Below the pieces are notes generated by a model. The model searched no databases. It was not told where the DNA came from and saw only the letters and a list, made by a program, of their open reading frames with translations. Both the position numbers and the translations under genes were made by a program. From assembly GCA_963706955.1 (NCBI GenBank), contig CAVPOC010000008.1, forward strand, positions 256,001 to 320,000: 64,000 nt of DNA, written 5' to 3'. The DNA is from an uncultured Verrucomicrobiae bacterium (GTDB lineage Bacteria; Verrucomicrobiota; Verrucomicrobiia; Chthoniobacterales; Terrimicrobiaceae). This document shows positions 58,992 through 64,000 of this stretch, piece by piece. Position 1 is the first letter of the stretch. The number at the start of each line of letters is the position of its first letter.

Positions 58992-61831
58992 CCCTCTGCA
59001 GATGGGGCTTGCTCGTGCGGCGATTTACCTCTAAGCAACTCCAGCCGGCGGCGCGCCTTTGAAGTTTCCTCAAACCCGGCGAGATCTTCTCGCTCGGCGA
59101 GTTCCTGGTAGGTTCTGTAGGCGCTTAGTTCATCATTGAGTTTCTCAAAAGCTTCGCCGCTGCGAAAGTATGCTTTCGCTACCCATTCGCGCCATCGTCC
59201 ATACATCACGTAGAGGCGCTGAAAGTAAGGAATAGCGAGCTCAGGTCGCGAATCGCGCATGTGCGCTTCGCCAATCAGATAGAGCGCCTCTGCCTTCTCC
59301 TTTCCCTTGGAGTATTCGCTTGCGAGAAGCCTTTCGAGAACCTCTCGGCTCTCTGCACCTCGCCCGCTCGCCTGAAGAATTTGCGCGCGAGAGAGCATCA
59401 CTTCACCGAGCAGTCGTGAACCGACGACTTCACGCTCGAAACGCTCGAATAGCTGCAATGCAGCGTCCGAGTTTCCGCGCTTGATCTCGGCCTTTCCGAT
59501 CGCCGCCAGCGCCCGGTCTTTCTGCGCCGCTCGCGGATTCCATTTGATGAGATCGCGATAGAGCTTTTCCGCCTCGTCCTCTCTCCCCACCGCTAGGAGA
59601 GCATCGGCGCAATCAGCAAGGATCACAGGATTGTCCGCTTGCACGTTGAGTCGTTTGGCGACTTCGAGGAGAGCGGATTGCGCCTGTGCTGGGTCGCGTT
59701 TCCGCAACGCGACCGCCTCGGCCCAAGCGGCCCGTATCGCAAGCGTCTTCCTTCCGGCTTGCTCAGCATCGAGCCGCAGATTGCGAAGTCGCGTGCCAAG
59801 TCTGGCTTGTTCATCATCGCCTTGGTAGAGCTTTGCAATCGCGGGAAAGAGGTCTTCCACCGAATGGATGGTAGCGTCATTGCCATATTCGCTAATTGCG
59901 CTCCAATAGACGTCGCGAGCTCGCTCCGGAGAACCTTGCTGGCGATACACCCATCCAATCCAGTAGAGAGCCTCGGCGACACGTGGATTTCGCGGATTCT
60001 CTGCCGTGAACTGAGCCATATGGCTGAGAAGCTTTTCGTGCTGTTCTGTAAGCTTGAATGCCTTGCCGATCTTGAAGACTCCCTCAGTATGCAGCTGGTC
60101 GTTTTTCTTGGAAATACTGCGGAAGACAATGACGGCCTCCTCAATCCGCGCTTGAGTCATCATTGCGTCGCCGAGCAATAGGCGCGCTTCATCGCATTCC
60201 GCTGCCGTCGAGTGCTCGCGCAGAAAGGATTCAAGCTCGCGGATACTCGTTCCGTAATCTTTCGTTTGCTGGGCGCTATAGGCTTTTCTAAAGGTCGCGC
60301 TCGCGTCGTAACGGCCGCTCTTGAAAGTGCTAAGATATAAGTCCATTACCTCGCGGGCGCGCGCAAATTCTCGCTGCAGCGACAAACCGATTCCACGCCA
60401 ATAGAGAGCATCTTCCCTAAGATCATGCTCCGGATATTGCTCCTCAAATCGCTCGAACTGCGCGATGGCTTGTCGGTAATCCTCAGCCTGCAACAGCGAA
60501 AAGGCCGCCATGAAACGAGCACGTGGAGCGTACTCCGAAGTAGCGTAGTCGTTGCCAAGTGCTTCAAAGATTTTCGTGGCTTCACGATATTGGCTGTTTC
60601 TTTGTTCGGCCATCCCTTGCAAATAACGGATCAGGGGGATCTGGCCAGACTTGGAGAACTTTCTGGTGAAAGTATTTGCGGCCTCAGTGACTTTGGTCCA
60701 AGCCTCGATCTCGAACCAAGATTGCACTAGATTCGCGGCGGCCGACTCCACGATTCGGTCAGGCGGCAACTCCTCGATCATTCGCTTCCAGGATGAGGGC
60801 CGCTTCACGATAACGCCGCATCGCTTGATAGGCCGCAGCGAGACGCAGGCGAACCGCCGCGTCGAAGTTCTCGATCTTACGCAAGTTCTCAATCTCGCGA
60901 TTCAGCTTGGAGATCAATTGCTCAAAGAGTATCCGGGCATAAGGATCACCCCGTGGACCTGTTTCCGCGGCCTGAAGTTTGGATTGGAGATCCTTCAGAC
61001 GAGCCTGCTGATGATCAAGCAGGCGGTTAGAGCTCCAGATGACGCTGTAGGCAAATGATCGCGTCTCGAGGTCGATTTCGTTCCAGGTAGCGTGAGCCAA
61101 GCTCAAACGTTAGGGTTTGAAAGGTCACTAACTGGAGGAGCTCTCCCATACGCGGAAACTCTTCTTTGACGACTTTGAGTGCCTCATCATCCTTCCCGGC
61201 TTCGAGTAAAGCATGAAGCTGCAGGGTTGTTGCGCGTCCACGGCTGGTCGAAGCAAGTTTTGTTTTGATCTGCGCGTAGTAGTCGGCCGCCTCGCCCGGT
61301 CTTCCCTCCTGGAGGAGACAGGTCCCGACAAGCAGCCGCGCCTCGGGTATTCTTAGGATCGGAGGGAAATCGGCGAGCATAACCGGCGTTTCCCTCGAGT
61401 CCGGGAGGGAATTGGCTGAGGAAGTCTTCCAGCGTCTTCCGGGCCTGAGGGTCCTGTTGATTGATTTCGCAGACCCCTTTCCAAAAGAGTAATTCCTGCG
61501 CCTGCGCGCGATCGAGATCCAGATTCTTTTCGAACGCATCTTTAATCGCCTGGTAGGCTTCCGTGAATCGCTGCAACCGCAGCAGGCACATCGCCAGCGG
61601 GTAGTACGTTTGCCTAATAGCTGTCTGCGCATCCGGCGAGGATCCGAAATCGTCTATAAACCTTCGATAGAGCTCGGCAGCCTCACTATATCTGGCGTTG
61701 GCATAGAGGGAAGCGGCATTGACCACGAACTCGTCGGCGGTAAGCTCGCCTTCGGTCTCCTCCGCGAGTGACCAGGTCGCGACAATGCCGAAAAGGACGG
61801 CAAAGCAGACTGGCACACGCAGGCATTGCAT
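58988..61831 (-). CDS. Large exported TPR protein (about 946 aa if corrected), split by three apparent +1 indels
   Basis: Signal peptide from ATG 61831. TPR helices continue across ORFs 61187-61924, 61027-61632, 60759-61106 and 58988-60892, with junctions near 61365, 61041 and 60781. Confidence 0.82.
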
Positions 61832-61898
61832 TGAAGAATGTGCGTCGGTGGTAGCATGCAACTTGGAGAGTGACAATCCTGACGTAGAATCAAGGAGA

Positions 61899-62903
61899 GT
61901 GATCACTTCTAATTCTGCCGACATTCAGCTCCTGGAGGAGCGCGTTGCGCGATTCATCCGGTTCGGGGAGGGCTCCTTCGAAGAACTCCTCCTTGCGGCG
62001 CATTCTTTCCAGCGAATCGCCTGCGCGTCCTATGGCGCGTATTGCTCGAATTTCGCGATACCCACCAGCTGGTATGACATTCCGGCGATCCCTCTTGCCG
62101 CATTTCGTCAGGCGCCTATCCGCTCGTTTGCCCCGACACAAACGCTTCGCTCGTTTCGCACGAGCGGGACCACCGGAGAAGGCTACGGCGAGCACTACTT
62201 TCGAACACTCGAACTCTACCGATCAGCGGCGCTGACCGGATGGCAATATGCCGGCTTGCCCCAGGGCAATCTCTTCTGTCTAATGCCTTCTCCCGACCAA
62301 GCCCCCTACTCGTCGCTAAGCTGCATGGCGGGCTGGCTTGCTGCCCGCGAGCGCTTCTTCCAAGGAGAGTGGGACCGGCTTTTGGAGGCAGTGTCGGCGG
62401 AGCGAAAGCCGCTGGTCCTCTTCGGCACCGCGCTAGCCCTCCTGAATTTTTTCGAGTGGTTGGGAGACCGTCAGCTGGAACTTCCGAGCGGCAGTGTGGC
62501 CGTAGAAACCGGCGGGTACAAAGGAACAAACCGAAGCCTATCCAAATCAGAGCTTTATTCATCATTTCAGAGGCACCTCGGACTCGACGCCAATCAAATC
62601 TGGAACGAATACGGCATGACGGAACTCAGCTCACAATTCTATGCGCAAGGCTTGCGAAACCCGCATCGCGGCGCAGCATGGGTGCGCGCACGCGTGATCG
62701 ATCCGGAAACGGGCAACGAGTCCGCCGATGGCGAAACGGGAATATTACGAGTGTTTGATTTGGCAAACGTGGGTTCGTGCTGTGTCCTCCAAACCCGCGA
62801 CCTGGCCATCCGACGCGGCGCAGACTTCGAGCTTATTGGCCGCGATCCCGCGGCTCTGCCACGCGGTTGTTCCCGCACTGCTGATGAGATTCTCCGCCAA
62901 TGA
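61899..62903 (+). CDS. LuxE-like acyl-protein synthetase
   Basis: AAGGAG RBS then GTG. IPAIP, FRTSGTTG, ETGGYKG, NEYGMTELSSQFY, DLAN and RGCS motifs. Confidence 0.88.
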   Translation: MITSNSADIQLLEERVARFIRFGEGSFEELLLAAHSFQRIACASYGAYCSNFAIPTSWYDIPAIPLAAFRQAPIRSFAPTQTLRSFRTSGTTGEGYGEHYFRTLELYRSAALTGWQYAGLPQGNLFCLMPSPDQAPYSSLSCMAGWLAARERFFQGEWDRLLEAVSAERKPLVLFGTALALLNFFEWLGDRQLELPSGSVAVETGGYKGTNRSLSKSELYSSFQRHLGLDANQIWNEYGMTELSSQFYAQGLRNPHRGAAWVRARVIDPETGNESADGETGILRVFDLANVGSCCVLQTRDLAIRRGADFELIGRDPAALPRGCSRTADEILRQ

Positions 62904-63974
62904 AGACGGTCGAGCGTGCGGCCATCCTGGCAAGCGCAGCGGAATCTTTCCCTCTCTTAGGGTCGGTCACGACAGATCAACTCATCGATCTGGTTCAATT
63001 GGAACTTGGACACCCTGAGATTCTCGATGGATTCCGTCCATACGCAGGGGGGTTTAGCCGCGCGGTTCCCAACGATCCGCTTCTTCATGTGATTAGTGGT
63101 AATACGCCTCACGCGGGTCTGCAAAGCCTGATCCGGGGACTGCTTCTCGGCGCGCACAACCTTGTCAAGCTGCCTTCAGGAGGCCTCCGTGAGATCGAGG
63201 ATTTCATCGAGTTGTTACCCGCTTCGCTAACAGGCAAAGTGGAGACAACGGTTGACTTGCCGGACCAATGGCTGTCGGAATCCCATACTTGTATCGTCTT
63301 CGGATCCGACGCGACGATCGCACATTTTCGGCAAAGATTGCCCGCGGAGACGTCATTCGAAGCGCACCCCCATCGGATAAGCCTGGGCATCGTCTTCGAG
63401 GATCTGAACGATTCGACGTTCCTGGCCGCCGCGGACGTCGCCCGCTTTAATCAGAAGGGGTGCCTTTCTCCACATGACATTTATGTCGCCGGTGATGCAA
63501 AAAACTATGCCGCTCGACTAGCGGATGCCTTAGCTCAATTTGAAGGGCAAGACCCGCGGGGAGAGATCACCGCACTGGAAGCCGCCGAAATCGCCGATAT
63601 TCGGGCAAACTATAGATTCCGCTCTGCAAACGACCCGCGCGTTGCGCTCTGGGAGAGCGAGCATTCAACCGCCTGGACGGTTATTTATGAGGAGGATACC
63701 TGGTTCGCGAGTTCTTGCCTGAATCGACTCGCCTTCGTGAAGCCATTGCCCGGCGACCTGGCCGGAGCCCTCGGTCCGGCATTGCCGTGGTTGGCAGCAA
63801 TCGGCATTTGGCCGGCGACCCCAGAGAATGCCGAGCGCGCTGCACGGCTGCAACCTTCGCGGATCTGTCCGCTCGGGGCAGATGCAAAATCCCCCCTTTT
63901 CGTGGCATCAGGAAGGTCGCCAAACTTTGGCTCCGCTCGTCCGATGGGTTGATTTTGAACCGAATCTGCGATAA
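62900..63974 (+). CDS. LuxC-like acyl-CoA reductase, with an apparent +1 indel in GGGG 63875-63878
   Basis: HVISGNTP, VKLPS, VFGSDATI and FNQKGCLSPH. The corrected C-terminus reads GQMQNPPFSWHQEGRQTLAPLVRWVD, with stop at 63972-63974. Confidence 0.85.
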
Positions 63975-64000
63975 TAGCCGCTTTCTCCCGTGGCAAAAGA

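Noticed and set aside
61899..63974. Bioluminescence operon
   Set aside because: No luxA, luxB or luxD is seen. ribBA/ribH are about 47 kb away in the ordinary ribH-nusB context.
1..64000. Numerous long antisense or alternate-frame ORFs in the ORF track (for example 885-1652, 26916-27845, 44852-45637)
   Set aside because: They are shadows of well-supported genes in GC-rich DNA and carry no family motifs.
1..64000. tRNA, rRNA, IS transposase, integrase or prophage genes
   Set aside because: No cloverleaf or rRNA signatures and no DDE, HUH or tyrosine-recombinase ORFs were recognised by eye. tRNAscan-SE, Infernal and ISEScan would be needed to exclude them.

Overview
A gene-dense bacterial chromosomal window. 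The gene content suggests Verrucomicrobiota (PVC superphylum); this is an inference. It carries housekeeping genes (secretin fragment, coaE, rho, nrdBA, ribBA-ribH-nusB-ftsY, hldD, an HscA-like Hsp70, glyA, cysE, cysteine desulfurase, acs) and a patatin/CoA-ligase/beta-oxidation operon divergent from a lipid-modification cluster. An accessory stretch at about 46-55 kb holds a YcaQ-like glycosylase, an AAC(6')-Ib-like acetyltransferase, a NUDIX gene ending in an attC-like site, and a 1688-aa PA14 surface protein with a divergent AraC regulator. The right end has a TPR-ExbB-ExbD-ExbD-vWA operon and a luxE/luxC-like pair. Best candidate for an undescribed system: the ExbB/ExbD/ExbD motor operon, whose last gene has a TonB-like SxxxH anchor but a vWA domain where TonB_C would be. 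Other highlights: a tyrosine-less class Ic-type RNR under tandem NrdR boxes, a Rho with a degenerate primary RNA-binding site, an LMW phosphatase-GlyA fusion, a degenerate ECF sigma/anti-sigma pair, a probably inactive VapC, and GTAG-type REP doublets with compensatory stem changes. Several single-base indels right of 42 kb look like sequencing errors. I found no tRNA, rRNA, CRISPR array, transposase or integrase. All family calls are by motif recognition, not database search.
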